Below are positions 19,089-28,028 of a stretch of DNA of 64,000 nucleotides, in pieces. The translations under genes and the position numbers were made by a program. Source of the DNA: an uncultured Bdellovibrionales bacterium. Its GTDB lineage: Bacteria > Patescibacteriota > Minisyncoccia > Moranbacterales > UBA1568. How positions within the stretch are numbered: the first letter of the stretch is position 1; each line of letters opens with the position of its first letter. The stretch lies in NCBI GenBank assembly GCA_964594215.1, contig CAZQLN010000001.1, positions 39,638 to 103,637 of the forward strand, given 5' to 3'. A model generated the notes under the pieces. That model made no database searches and was not told the origin of the DNA. It saw only the letters and a list, made by a program, of their open reading frames with translations.

Positions 19089-20183
19089 ATGAGCATCCTT
19101 CAGAAAAAAATTATCAATCTTTTCCCAACTTCTTTTGGGTTGGATCTTTCAGATCTATCCGTCAAAGCGGTCTGGCTTGAGCGTAACGGTAATCATGAAG
19201 CTATCGCTAGCTATGGGTCGGTACCGCTGCCGGCTGGCGCTATTGCTGATGGTGAGATTGTTGATGGAGAAGTGGTCAAAGCGGCTATCAAAAGCCTAAT
19301 GGAAAAGGCAGGACCAAAGAAGATAGCTACCAAAAAAGTCATCTGTTCTCTACCTGAAACAAAAGCCTTTTTGCGTATTATTAGTTTGCCTCAGATGAAA
19401 GCTGAAGAAGTCAAAGAAGCTATTAAGTGGGAAATTGAGGCTAATATCCCACTCACACTTGATCAGGTTTACTATGATTGGCAGGTACTCGATGTTCCCT
19501 TGACCACCGAGAAAGATAAAATGAGTGTCCTCGTGGTAGCGGTATCACGGAGCAATGTTGATCAATTTCAAGAAGTGCTTGAGGGGGCTGGTCTTGAGCC
19601 TCTTGGTCTTGAAACAGAGTCTATTGCCGAGGCAAGGAGTCTTCTTTTAGAAAATGATGATAAACGCACAACTCTGATTGTTGATATTGGTGATCGTCGC
19701 TCAAGCTTTCTTGTAGCAGTTGGCAGTAGTCCATGTTTTACCTCAAGCGTACCTCTTTCATCACAGATGATGACAGACGCTATTTCCAAGTCTCTTCAGA
19801 TTTCATTTGACCAAGCTGAAACCATGAAAATCAAACATGGTCTGGGATCTTTAGCTGAGAAGAGCCCTACTTTTTTGGCCTGCGAACCTATTTTAGAGAG
19901 TATCGCTATTGAAATAGAAAAATCTCTTGATTTCTTCTTGACGAACTTTCCACTTATCGAAAAAGTAGACCATATCGTATTTTGTGGTGGCGGGTCCAAT
20001 ATGCATGGCTTACTTCCTTATATGGCCAAACGTCTTGGTAGACCAGTAGAAGCTGGTAATCCATGGGTTAATCTCCGTCTTGGAAAGCGCCTTCCACTCA
20101 TTGATCGTGATCACTCGGTACAGTACTCAACCGCTATTGGCCTCGCACTCCGCGGCCTTGATGAATATGAAGATTTTACTTAA
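19089..20183 (+). CDS. pilM: type IV pilus assembly protein PilM
   Basis: Actin-like fold: GLDLS, VDIG, CGGGS, AIGLALR. Confidence 0.9.
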   Translation: MSILQKKIINLFPTSFGLDLSDLSVKAVWLERNGNHEAIASYGSVPLPAGAIADGEIVDGEVVKAAIKSLMEKAGPKKIATKKVICSLPETKAFLRIISLPQMKAEEVKEAIKWEIEANIPLTLDQVYYDWQVLDVPLTTEKDKMSVLVVAVSRSNVDQFQEVLEGAGLEPLGLETESIAEARSLLLENDDKRTTLIVDIGDRRSSFLVAVGSSPCFTSSVPLSSQMMTDAISKSLQISFDQAETMKIKHGLGSLAEKSPTFLACEPILESIAIEIEKSLDFFLTNFPLIEKVDHIVFCGGGSNMHGLLPYMAKRLGRPVEAGNPWVNLRLGKRLPLIDRDHSVQYSTAIGLALRGLDEYEDFT

Positions 20184-20733
20184 CCTCCTCCCAGAAGAAA
20201 AAAAGATAGCTATCGAGCGCGGCCTGCACGTGCGTATTTTTCTTTGGCAATTTTTTCTTCTTTTCCTTCTTGAGCTTTTCTTCTTAGGTATTCTTTTCAC
20301 CATTGCGATACTTCTTAAGGTAGAGCTTGATGGTGCCAAACTTTCCTCAGAAACAGCTACTCAAGCTATTGAGAAAGATGGCCAAGATCTGAAGAGGTAT
20401 GAGGACAAATTTTTAGGCATCAATGAAGCTATTTCTACGATTGGTAAAATCGAGAACAATCACCTGTACTTCAGTCAGCTCTTTCGTATCTTGGATGGAG
20501 TGCAGCCAAAAGAAGTCTTTTTGCGACAGATGACCTCCAAGGATCGAAAAATCATGCTTTCTGGTATTGCTGGTACTCGTGAAGATCTTCTTTTATTTGA
20601 ACAGCAGCTCAAGTCTTCAGCTTGTGTAGAGAAAGTTGACGTCCCTCTCTCCAATCTCTTTTCTCAGAAAAATCTCGAGTTTCAGATCGAATTTTCCATT
20701 ACTCTTGAGTGTCTCCGTAAAAACAGTCTATGA
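20167..20733 (+). CDS. pilN: type IV pilus assembly protein PilN
   Basis: N-terminal LNLLP motif, one TM, follows pilM. Confidence 0.8.
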   Translation: MKILLNLLPEEKKIAIERGLHVRIFLWQFFLLFLLELFFLGILFTIAILLKVELDGAKLSSETATQAIEKDGQDLKRYEDKFLGINEAISTIGKIENNHLYFSQLFRILDGVQPKEVFLRQMTSKDRKIMLSGIAGTREDLLLFEQQLKSSACVEKVDVPLSNLFSQKNLEFQIEFSITLECLRKNSL

Positions 20734-21485
20734 GCAAATTTTTGAAACAATATCGTTTGGTTATCATAGCGATTGTCATTTTTCTGGCAATGGCTCTGAC
20801 CGCTTGGTTTTTGGTAAGGCCGCTCTACGGGAAGGTTCTTAGTTTACGTGATGAAATTCAAAAAGAACGAGTGCGTCAGGAAAATCAACAAAAACAAATC
20901 AAGCGTCTCCCAGAACTCAAGAGTCAATATGAAAGAGTGGTGAGTGAGGAAGGGTTTCTGGATATTCTTCTCACTGAAGATAAGGTAGTTGGTTTTATTC
21001 GAACCATAGAGGGTTTGGCAAGTGATGCGCAAGTCGATGTTAAAATCCAGTCCAATGATCTGAAGGTTGAAGAGATTCCTCAAAGAAAGGGTAATAAGAT
21101 CCAAGTGGAGAATAGTGATGAAGATGGTAGTTCTCAATCAAATGATAAAAAAGAAAAGACTCTAGCCGACTATCTTCCGTACCCGGATTATCTTCGTCTG
21201 ACCCTTACGGTCTCAGGAGATCATGGTGCTATCATCTCTTTTCTCTCACGTCTCGAAACTCTGCCGGTAGCTCTTGATGTCATGGGTATTGACGTGAAAC
21301 AGCCGCTCCGTGATGATAATTCTCGCGAAGGAGATGTTAGAGCGGTTAATCCCTTTACGACAGATACAGGACAGCAAGGAGATACAAATAAAGAAGGTGA
21401 CAATGTGCCCGAAGAACTCACTCAAGCACTTTCACCAAAACTGGAAGCGGTTATCGATCTCATTGTCTATGTAGACAAGAAGTAA
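20730..21485 (+). CDS. pilO: PilO-like protein
   Basis: TM, coiled coil, G.H..IISFLSRLETLP; follows pilN. Confidence 0.7.
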   Translation: MSKFLKQYRLVIIAIVIFLAMALTAWFLVRPLYGKVLSLRDEIQKERVRQENQQKQIKRLPELKSQYERVVSEEGFLDILLTEDKVVGFIRTIEGLASDAQVDVKIQSNDLKVEEIPQRKGNKIQVENSDEDGSSQSNDKKEKTLADYLPYPDYLRLTLTVSGDHGAIISFLSRLETLPVALDVMGIDVKQPLRDDNSREGDVRAVNPFTTDTGQQGDTNKEGDNVPEELTQALSPKLEAVIDLIVYVDKK

Positions 21486-21489
21486 CAAT

Positions 21490-21828
21490 ATGAAACTCAC
21501 ATCTCCACAATTAGAAAAATTTCTCGAGCGGTTTTCTCTCAGGCACTTGACGCTGGCTTGGTATCGTTACTTCAAGTTGTTTTTCACTGTACTCTTCTTC
21601 GTCATAATGGCTTTTGGTGGATACCTCTGGTATGCGAGCCTCTATAATTATTCTTGGGATGAGGAGCAGAAACAGGCCTATATGGAAAAAACTTTCACTG
21701 AGACAAATCTTAAAGAAAAAGAATTTTCACGACTTCTTGAAACACTGAAAACAAGACAAACAGAGCACCAGAACCCATTAAATATTTCACGCAATCTCTT
21801 TACTGGAGAGCCAGTGATTACCCAATAG
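21490..21828 (+). CDS. hypothetical single-TM protein in pil operon
   Basis: 112 aa, one TM, 4 nt after pilO. Confidence 0.65.
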   Translation: MKLTSPQLEKFLERFSLRHLTLAWYRYFKLFFTVLFFVIMAFGGYLWYASLYNYSWDEEQKQAYMEKTFTETNLKEKEFSRLLETLKTRQTEHQNPLNISRNLFTGEPVITQ

Positions 21829-21893
21829 AATAGCGTGAGTCTTTTCTGGTACTATATTGACGATACTCTAAAAACATGGCAAAATAGAGTGCT

Positions 21894-22937
21894 ATGTTTG
21901 TAGAAAGTCGACTCAAATTTTATAAAGAACACTATCCGGAAAGTCCAAGTTATCGCTTGGAACAGTTTGAACGGGCCTTTTTTACCCCAGGCATCCGTTC
22001 TGTGGAGGCTATGACCACTCTTAGTAAGACTGAACGCGAAACGTTGAAAGACCTCCCTTGGCTTGCTTTTCCAGAAACTCTTATCCTGACCAGCAAAAAA
22101 CAAGATACCTTCAAGGCCATTGTCACCCTTCATGATGGCAAAAAGATAGAGACTGTTTTAATGCAGAATCGAAGAGGACACTGGACAGTATGTGTGTCGT
22201 CTCAGGTGGGTTGTGCTATGGCCTGTACCTTCTGTGCCACGGGGACCATGGGCTTTACTCGTAATCTGACAGTAGATGAGATTGTCGATCAGTATCGTCT
22301 GTGGGTCATGTATCTCGAAAACCATCCCGAACTGGCTCCACGTATCACGAACATCGTTTTTATGGGTATGGGGGAGCCACTAGCTAACTATCAGAACGTC
22401 AAAACTACCATTGAGACAATTCTCCGCTATACTGAAATAGGACCAACTCGTATCACAGTATCTACCGTAGGATTGATTCCTATGCTGACCAAGCTACTTG
22501 ATGATGAGACTTGGCCACCAGTGCGTTTAGCGGTATCGCTTCACAGTGCTGATCCAACGACAAGAAGTGCGATCATGCCGAGCTCGTATGCAAACTTCCT
22601 TGAAAAACTTCTCGAGTGGACTGAAAAATATTTTGCGAAGTTTGCCACTCGCAGACGGCATATCACCTTTGAATACGTGATGCTCTCGAAGGTTAATGAT
22701 ACAAGCGCTCATGCCAAGGCTTTGATTCAGTTCGCACGTCGAGTTGGTAAGGTACGTATCAATCTTATCCCGTATAATTTTACAGGGGATATCTATCGAG
22801 ATAGTCTTCCTGAAGATTTCGCTCATTTCGAAAATGAATTACGCGAAGCGGGAGTGCTCGTTACTTGTCGTAAGACTATGGGAGATGATATTGCGGCCGC
22901 TTGTGGACAATTAGTCGTTGAAAATAATAAGCAGTAA
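21894..22937 (+). CDS. rlmN: 23S rRNA (A2503-C2) methyltransferase, radical SAM
   Basis: SSQVGCAMACTFCATG, MGMGEP, AACGQL. Confidence 0.93.
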   Translation: MFVESRLKFYKEHYPESPSYRLEQFERAFFTPGIRSVEAMTTLSKTERETLKDLPWLAFPETLILTSKKQDTFKAIVTLHDGKKIETVLMQNRRGHWTVCVSSQVGCAMACTFCATGTMGFTRNLTVDEIVDQYRLWVMYLENHPELAPRITNIVFMGMGEPLANYQNVKTTIETILRYTEIGPTRITVSTVGLIPMLTKLLDDETWPPVRLAVSLHSADPTTRSAIMPSSYANFLEKLLEWTEKYFAKFATRRRHITFEYVMLSKVNDTSAHAKALIQFARRVGKVRINLIPYNFTGDIYRDSLPEDFAHFENELREAGVLVTCRKTMGDDIAAACGQLVVENNKQ

Positions 22938-22950
22938 AATAAAAAACCAT

Positions 22951-23499
22951 ATGAACAGATGTGTTATCGGTATAGTCGGAGGACCCGGGACAGGCAAGGA
23001 TACCGTGGCTGGATTACTTCCCAAAATACTTAACCAACCAGTGGAGACACTTTCTTTTAGCCGTCTAATTATAGAGGAGTACTGCGAGCCCCTTTCTATT
23101 GAACCGACTCACAAAAACCTTCAATTGATTGGAGATGCTTTACGTCCCGAATGGATCCATGAACGTATCTACCAGAAAATAGAGCAATCTCCGGCCTCGT
23201 ACTTTGTAATGCCATCGATTCGTCGCGAGGAAGATTTTCTTTTTGTGAGGAGTTTTCCAAACCACCTCTTAATTGCCATTGAAGCAGATGCGAAAACTGC
23301 TTACGAACGCATGAAAGAACGTAATGAGAAGCCGGGAGAGAATAATCTCACATGGGAAGAATACCTGGAGTTATGTGGTGCGGCTATCGATCAAGAGGTA
23401 CCTAAGCTTCGTAAACAAGCAGATATTACCATTGAAAACAATGGCACGCTGGAAGATCTAGAAAAGAAGTTAGACGAGTTACTGGTAAAAATGAAATGA
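22951..23499 (+). CDS. P-loop NMP/dephospho-CoA kinase-like protein
   Basis: GGPGTGKDT, IRR.ED, ADITIENNGT. Confidence 0.7.
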   Translation: MNRCVIGIVGGPGTGKDTVAGLLPKILNQPVETLSFSRLIIEEYCEPLSIEPTHKNLQLIGDALRPEWIHERIYQKIEQSPASYFVMPSIRREEDFLFVRSFPNHLLIAIEADAKTAYERMKERNEKPGENNLTWEEYLELCGAAIDQEVPKLRKQADITIENNGTLEDLEKKLDELLVKMK

Positions 23500-24668
23500 G
23501 CAGTTACTTCATCAAAACCTTTGGCTGCCAGCAAAACGTAGCTGACAGTGAACGCATGGCGAGCTTCTATGAGGCTCGTGGTTTTGTACCAGCCGAAACT
23601 ATGGATGAAGCAGACACACTTATTCTTAACACCTGTGTTATCCGTGACAAGGCGGAGGAAAAAGTCTATGGTTTGGTGCGCAGCTTAGAAGAACGTCTCA
23701 GTGCCGAAGGAAAAACTATGCCTCAGATTGTAGTGACTGGTTGTCTCATCGGAGCAGCTGCTCGTGAACCCTCAGGCAAGATGATGCGACGTCTCACCTC
23801 ACGCCTGCCTGGTGCTGAGATTCTACCACTCGAAGAAGTGGGCTTTGAGCATGCTCCCAAACGCAAGCCAGGTAAGATGGCCTCGATAGTCATATCTAAT
23901 GGCTGTAATAACTTTTGCGCTTTTTGTATCGTACCTTTTTCTCGCGGTAAAGAACGTTCGCGTCCGTTTGAAGAAATTATTACTGAGGTGGAACAGTCTA
24001 TTAAGGATGGTCATGATGAAATTATGCTTTTGGGACAGAATGTTAATTCTTATGGGGCAGAGATCCTGATGGATGCTCTCAAAAATAAGGATAAGTATGT
24101 CTTGCCAAGTGGGCAAGAGATTGTGCCTGTCATGGTCAAACACCTCAACCGTCATCGTATCCCCACCATGTTCCCACAATTGCTTGATGCGGTTGCGAAT
24201 ATCAAGGGTGTGCGCAAAGTACGTTTCCTCGCCTCAAACCCCTGGGATTTCAGTGATGAATTGATCGAAGTAATCAGAAAGAATAAGAATATTGATAGAG
24301 TCATTCATCTACCAGTACAGGCGGGGAGTAATGAAATCTTGAAACGTATGAATCGCTGGTACACCCGTGAAGAATATCTTGCCTTGATTGAGCGTATCAA
24401 GAGAGCTATCCCAGAAGCCGAGTTTACGACTGATATTATTGTTGGTTTTCCCGGAGAGACTGAAGAGCAGTTTCAAGAGAGTATTAGCTTGGCCAAGACA
24501 GTAGGATTTCGTCAGACCTTTATAGCTTGGTACTCACCACGCCCCGGTACGGCAGCGGCCAGGGGAATGGAAGACACGGTATCGATAGAAGACAAACAAC
24601 GTCGCTACCACGAGCTAGATCAAGTCTGTTTCCAGGGCTTTGAAAAGGCGAATGCCCATGATTCTTAG
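23496..24668 (+). CDS. miaB: MiaB-family tRNA methylthiotransferase (no TRAM domain)
   Basis: TFGCQQN, NTC, VTGC, GCNNFCAFC, DIIVGFPGET, YSPRPGT. Confidence 0.88.
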   Translation: MSSYFIKTFGCQQNVADSERMASFYEARGFVPAETMDEADTLILNTCVIRDKAEEKVYGLVRSLEERLSAEGKTMPQIVVTGCLIGAAAREPSGKMMRRLTSRLPGAEILPLEEVGFEHAPKRKPGKMASIVISNGCNNFCAFCIVPFSRGKERSRPFEEIITEVEQSIKDGHDEIMLLGQNVNSYGAEILMDALKNKDKYVLPSGQEIVPVMVKHLNRHRIPTMFPQLLDAVANIKGVRKVRFLASNPWDFSDELIEVIRKNKNIDRVIHLPVQAGSNEILKRMNRWYTREEYLALIERIKRAIPEAEFTTDIIVGFPGETEEQFQESISLAKTVGFRQTFIAWYSPRPGTAAARGMEDTVSIEDKQRRYHELDQVCFQGFEKANAHDS

Positions 24669-24685
24669 AGTGTTACAATAAAGAT

Positions 24686-25480
24686 ATGAAAATCATTTCT
24701 TGGAACGTTAATGGAATCAGGGCAGTGGTGCGGAAAGAACTTTTCCAGCCTTTTCTTGATGCTCATCAGCCGGATATTATTTGCCTACAAGAAACCAAAG
24801 CTATGCGTGAGCAGGTAGAAATAGATCTGCCTGACTATATCGAGTATTGGCACTCTGCGGAGAAAAGGGGTTATTCTGGGACGGCTATATTTAGCAAAAC
24901 TCAACCTCTTTCAGTAATCAATGGTTTCTTGCCAAAAACTTCCAAGAAGTATGCACCATTGGCTGATAAGTATGGTGATCCAGAAACAGAGGGCAGAGTC
25001 GTAACTGCTGAGTTTCCGAAGTTCTATCTAGTCACCGTCTATACTCCAAATGCCAAAGACGATCTCTCTCGTGTTCCACTTCGTCTTGCTTGGGACGCTG
25101 CTTTTCTTGCGCATTGTCAGGAGCTTGAGAAAACGAAGCCAGTAGTATTTTGCGGTGATCTCAATGTAGCACATACTGAGGATGACTTAGCTCGACCCAA
25201 GGAGAATATTGGTAAGAAAGGTTTTACCGATGAGGAACGGACTGGATTCCAAAACTTTGTTGACGCTGGTTTCATCGATACCCTCCGCATATTTAAAAAG
25301 GGAAATGGTCTTTACACCTGGTGGAGCAACTGGGGTGGAGCCAGAGAGCGGAATGTCGGGTGGCGTATTGACTATTTTCTCGTAAGCAAATCTCTCAAAA
25401 CCAAAGTCAAAGACGCATTCATATTACCAGAGGTGATGGGCTCAGATCACTGCCCGGTAGGTGTTATACTCGATATATAA
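24686..25480 (+). CDS. xth: exodeoxyribonuclease III
   Basis: SWNVNG, LQETK, GDLNVAH, GWRIDY, SDHCP. Confidence 0.95.
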   Translation: MKIISWNVNGIRAVVRKELFQPFLDAHQPDIICLQETKAMREQVEIDLPDYIEYWHSAEKRGYSGTAIFSKTQPLSVINGFLPKTSKKYAPLADKYGDPETEGRVVTAEFPKFYLVTVYTPNAKDDLSRVPLRLAWDAAFLAHCQELEKTKPVVFCGDLNVAHTEDDLARPKENIGKKGFTDEERTGFQNFVDAGFIDTLRIFKKGNGLYTWWSNWGGARERNVGWRIDYFLVSKSLKTKVKDAFILPEVMGSDHCPVGVILDI

Positions 25481-25496
25481 ACTAACCAAAAAACAT

Positions 25497-25967
25497 ATGT
25501 ACAAAAAAGTAGGCACTAAGGCACCAAGTTTTAAGGCACCAGATCAAGATGGCACCGTGAGAAGTTCGAAGGACTATCTCGGTAAGTGGGTGATACTCTA
25601 TTTTTATCCGAAAGATGATACGCCAGGCTGTACGACTGAAGCGTGTAGTTTTCGTGATGGATTCTCTAAGTTCAAGCGTGCTGGTATTGAAGTGATAGGG
25701 GTAAGTGTCGATAGTGTTAAAAAACACGCGAAGTTTGTGGAAAAATATAGTCTACCATTTACTTTACTTTCCGATGAAGACAAAAAGATCGTGCAAGCCT
25801 ATGGTGTCTGGGGCCTGAAAAAGTTTATGGGACGTGAGTATATGGGTACCAATCGAGTGAGTTATCTCATTAATCCAGAGGGAAAGATTGCGAAGGTATA
25901 CGATAAGGTCAAACCAGACGAACATTCGGATGAGGTGCTGGCTGATGTGAAGAAACTCAGTAGGTAG
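25497..25967 (+). CDS. bcp: peroxiredoxin BCP/PrxQ
   Basis: YFYPKDDTPGCTTEAC. Confidence 0.95.
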   Translation: MYKKVGTKAPSFKAPDQDGTVRSSKDYLGKWVILYFYPKDDTPGCTTEACSFRDGFSKFKRAGIEVIGVSVDSVKKHAKFVEKYSLPFTLLSDEDKKIVQAYGVWGLKKFMGREYMGTNRVSYLINPEGKIAKVYDKVKPDEHSDEVLADVKKLSR

Positions 25968-25991
25968 AGGATAATTTAAGAGAAAAATAAG

Positions 25992-26018
25992 AAAAAAGGC
26001 TCCAAAAGAGCCTTTTTT
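25992..26018 (+). terminator. intrinsic terminator
   Basis: AAAAAAGGCTC-CAAAA-GAGCCTTTTTT. Confidence 0.8.
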
Positions 26019-26029
26019 GTATGCGTCAT

Positions 26030-26038
26030 TGTGGATAA
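26030..26038 (-). promoter_or_regulatory. DnaA box
   Basis: TGTGGATAA, the reverse complement of consensus TTATCCACA. Confidence 0.55.
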
Positions 26039-26054
26039 CTCGAAAATGTTGTGT

Positions 26055-26110
26055 TTTGGATATTAGTGGAGTAAAATGGTGTGTAGGTTAACCAAAGTGG
26101 ATGAAAGTGG
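26055..26110 (+). promoter_or_regulatory. MraZ-binding direct repeats
   Basis: (A)GTGG-like units at ~10-nt period (26055, 26065, 26075, 26096, 26106) directly upstream of mraZ. Confidence 0.7.
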
Positions 26111-26136
26111 GGAATTTCCAATCCTCACCGAAAATT

Positions 26137-26571
26137 ATGTTTATTGGAGAATACGCACATACTGTTGATCCCAAGAAGCGCCTGGCACTTCCTTCGAAGT
26201 TTCGTGGTGAACTTGGAAACAAAGTAGTCGTCACACGAGGACTAGATAACTGTCTTTTCGTGTATCCAATAAAAGTCTGGGAGGAACTTGCCACTAAACT
26301 CGGCACATTGCCAGTAGGTGAAGCAGGCACGCGAAGTTTCATTCGTATCATGCTGGCTGGCGCTACTGACTGTGATGTTGATACGCAGGGACGTATTCTT
26401 CTTCCAGAGTATTTGAAACAAGATGGAGGTTTGAAAAAAGACGTGACCATAGTCGGATTGTTCAACCGTTTAGAAATCTGGGACACCGGACGTTGGAACC
26501 GTTATAAGACACAAGCAGAAAAAAATACAGGCAAGATAGCAGAAGATCTCGGTAAGCTTGGTATTTACTAG
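26137..26571 (+). CDS. mraZ: division/cell wall cluster regulator MraZ
   Basis: MFIGEYAHTVDPKKRL, DTQGRILLP, RLEIW. Confidence 0.95.
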   Translation: MFIGEYAHTVDPKKRLALPSKFRGELGNKVVVTRGLDNCLFVYPIKVWEELATKLGTLPVGEAGTRSFIRIMLAGATDCDVDTQGRILLPEYLKQDGGLKKDVTIVGLFNRLEIWDTGRWNRYKTQAEKNTGKIAEDLGKLGIY

Positions 26572-26581
26572 TTTTTTGACA

Positions 26582-27559
26582 ATGAAAGAAACAAGAGCGA
26601 TTGCTAAACATATACCTGTCCTCATGGAGGAGATTTTGGATGGACTCAATCTTGGTAGCGGGAAGAGTGTCGTGGATGCCACCTTAGGAGGGGGAGGGCA
26701 TACACGGGCGATACTTAGCGGTATTGCACCTACGGGGAAGCTTCTGTCTCTCGACCAAGATGCTAGTGCTGTCGAAGCTTTTCTTGATCGGGCGAGTGTA
26801 GAGGTGTTGACCAAAGAAGCATTGCAAGACAAAAGACTCCTGATTCGCAAAGCCAACTTCAGTGAAATAGCTGAAGTGGTGAGCGAAGAAGAATTCGGTC
26901 CTGTCGATGCTATCATGGCCGACCTCGGATACTCATCAGATCAGATAGAGGATGGGACACGGGGACTAAGCTTTCAAAATGATGGACCGCTCGATATGCG
27001 TCTTGATCAGGAGAGTGTCCTGACTGCACAAGATATCATTATGACGTGGAGTCTCGATGAACTGACTAAGATATTTCGTGATTACGGAGAAGAAGAGTAT
27101 AGCTACCAGCTTGCTAAGCGTATCGTAGAGACTCGTGCCAGTCACGTAATTGACACGACGCGTAAGTTGGTAGAGCTGATCGAAGAAGCAACGCCGCCAG
27201 CCAAACGCAGACTTGAGAAAATTCATCCAGCTACCAAAGTATTCCAAGCGCTCCGCATAGCGGTGAACGAAGAGTACGAGCGGTTGGAAACATTTCTTGC
27301 TGGTAGTCTCGGGGTACTTGGTTCTGGTGGACGACTTGCTGTCATTTCTTTCCACTCTGGTGAAGACAGTCTAGTCAAGAAGTTTTTTCAGAATCAGGCC
27401 AAAGGCTGTATCTGTCCACGAGAGTTTCCGATCTGTATCTGTGGCTTAACACCAACACTCCGCATTATTACCAGAAAAGTCATCACACCGACAGATGAAG
27501 AGATAGCGGTTAATCCGCGAGCTCGAAGCGCTAAATTGCGTATCGCCGAGAAGATATAG
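26582..27559 (+). CDS. rsmH: 16S rRNA C1402 methyltransferase
   Basis: HIPV, DATLGGGGH, DLGYSS, PLDMR, FQALRIAVN, NPRARSAKLR. Confidence 0.95.
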   Translation: MKETRAIAKHIPVLMEEILDGLNLGSGKSVVDATLGGGGHTRAILSGIAPTGKLLSLDQDASAVEAFLDRASVEVLTKEALQDKRLLIRKANFSEIAEVVSEEEFGPVDAIMADLGYSSDQIEDGTRGLSFQNDGPLDMRLDQESVLTAQDIIMTWSLDELTKIFRDYGEEEYSYQLAKRIVETRASHVIDTTRKLVELIEEATPPAKRRLEKIHPATKVFQALRIAVNEEYERLETFLAGSLGVLGSGGRLAVISFHSGEDSLVKKFFQNQAKGCICPREFPICICGLTPTLRIITRKVITPTDEEIAVNPRARSAKLRIAEKI

Positions 27560-27641
27560 AACAATCACAAAGGTTTCTTTCAGGGTCAATATCCTGGTTA
27601 CGCCAAAATCAGTGTACCAGGCAAAAACAAATATATATTTT

Positions 27642-27998
27642 ATGGCAGCTCGCATTCCTAAAAAGGAGAATTCTAGCGGTCGCTCTCGTAGCAATACGAA
27701 GGTGGTCATGCTTAAGGGCTCAAGTCAGGCTCTTATTGTCGCTGTATTTCTGACCCTTTTTCTGACTTCGGGTATGTACTTATTTTCGGTAAATAGAAAC
27801 GCGGTTCAGGGTTACCATCTCAGAGCTCTTGAGAAGGAAATTGCCGAGCTCAGCGAGAAAAACGCTGAACTCCAGATAGCCGAAGCGGACATGCGTTCAT
27901 TCTATCGGATCAATGAAGTCAAAGACGACCTCCAAATGGAAAAAACAGAACAGCTTAAATATCTTGAACCCAAAAAAGATACTGTGGCCTTACGCTAA
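27642..27998 (+). CDS. ftsL: FtsL-like cell division protein
   Basis: Basic N-terminus, TM, coiled coil; lies between rsmH and the PBP gene. Confidence 0.65.
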   Translation: MAARIPKKENSSGRSRSNTKVVMLKGSSQALIVAVFLTLFLTSGMYLFSVNRNAVQGYHLRALEKEIAELSEKNAELQIAEADMRSFYRINEVKDDLQMEKTEQLKYLEPKKDTVALR

Positions 27999-28028
27999 TA
28001 ATTCTTGAGAACGGTTCATCTATCACTT

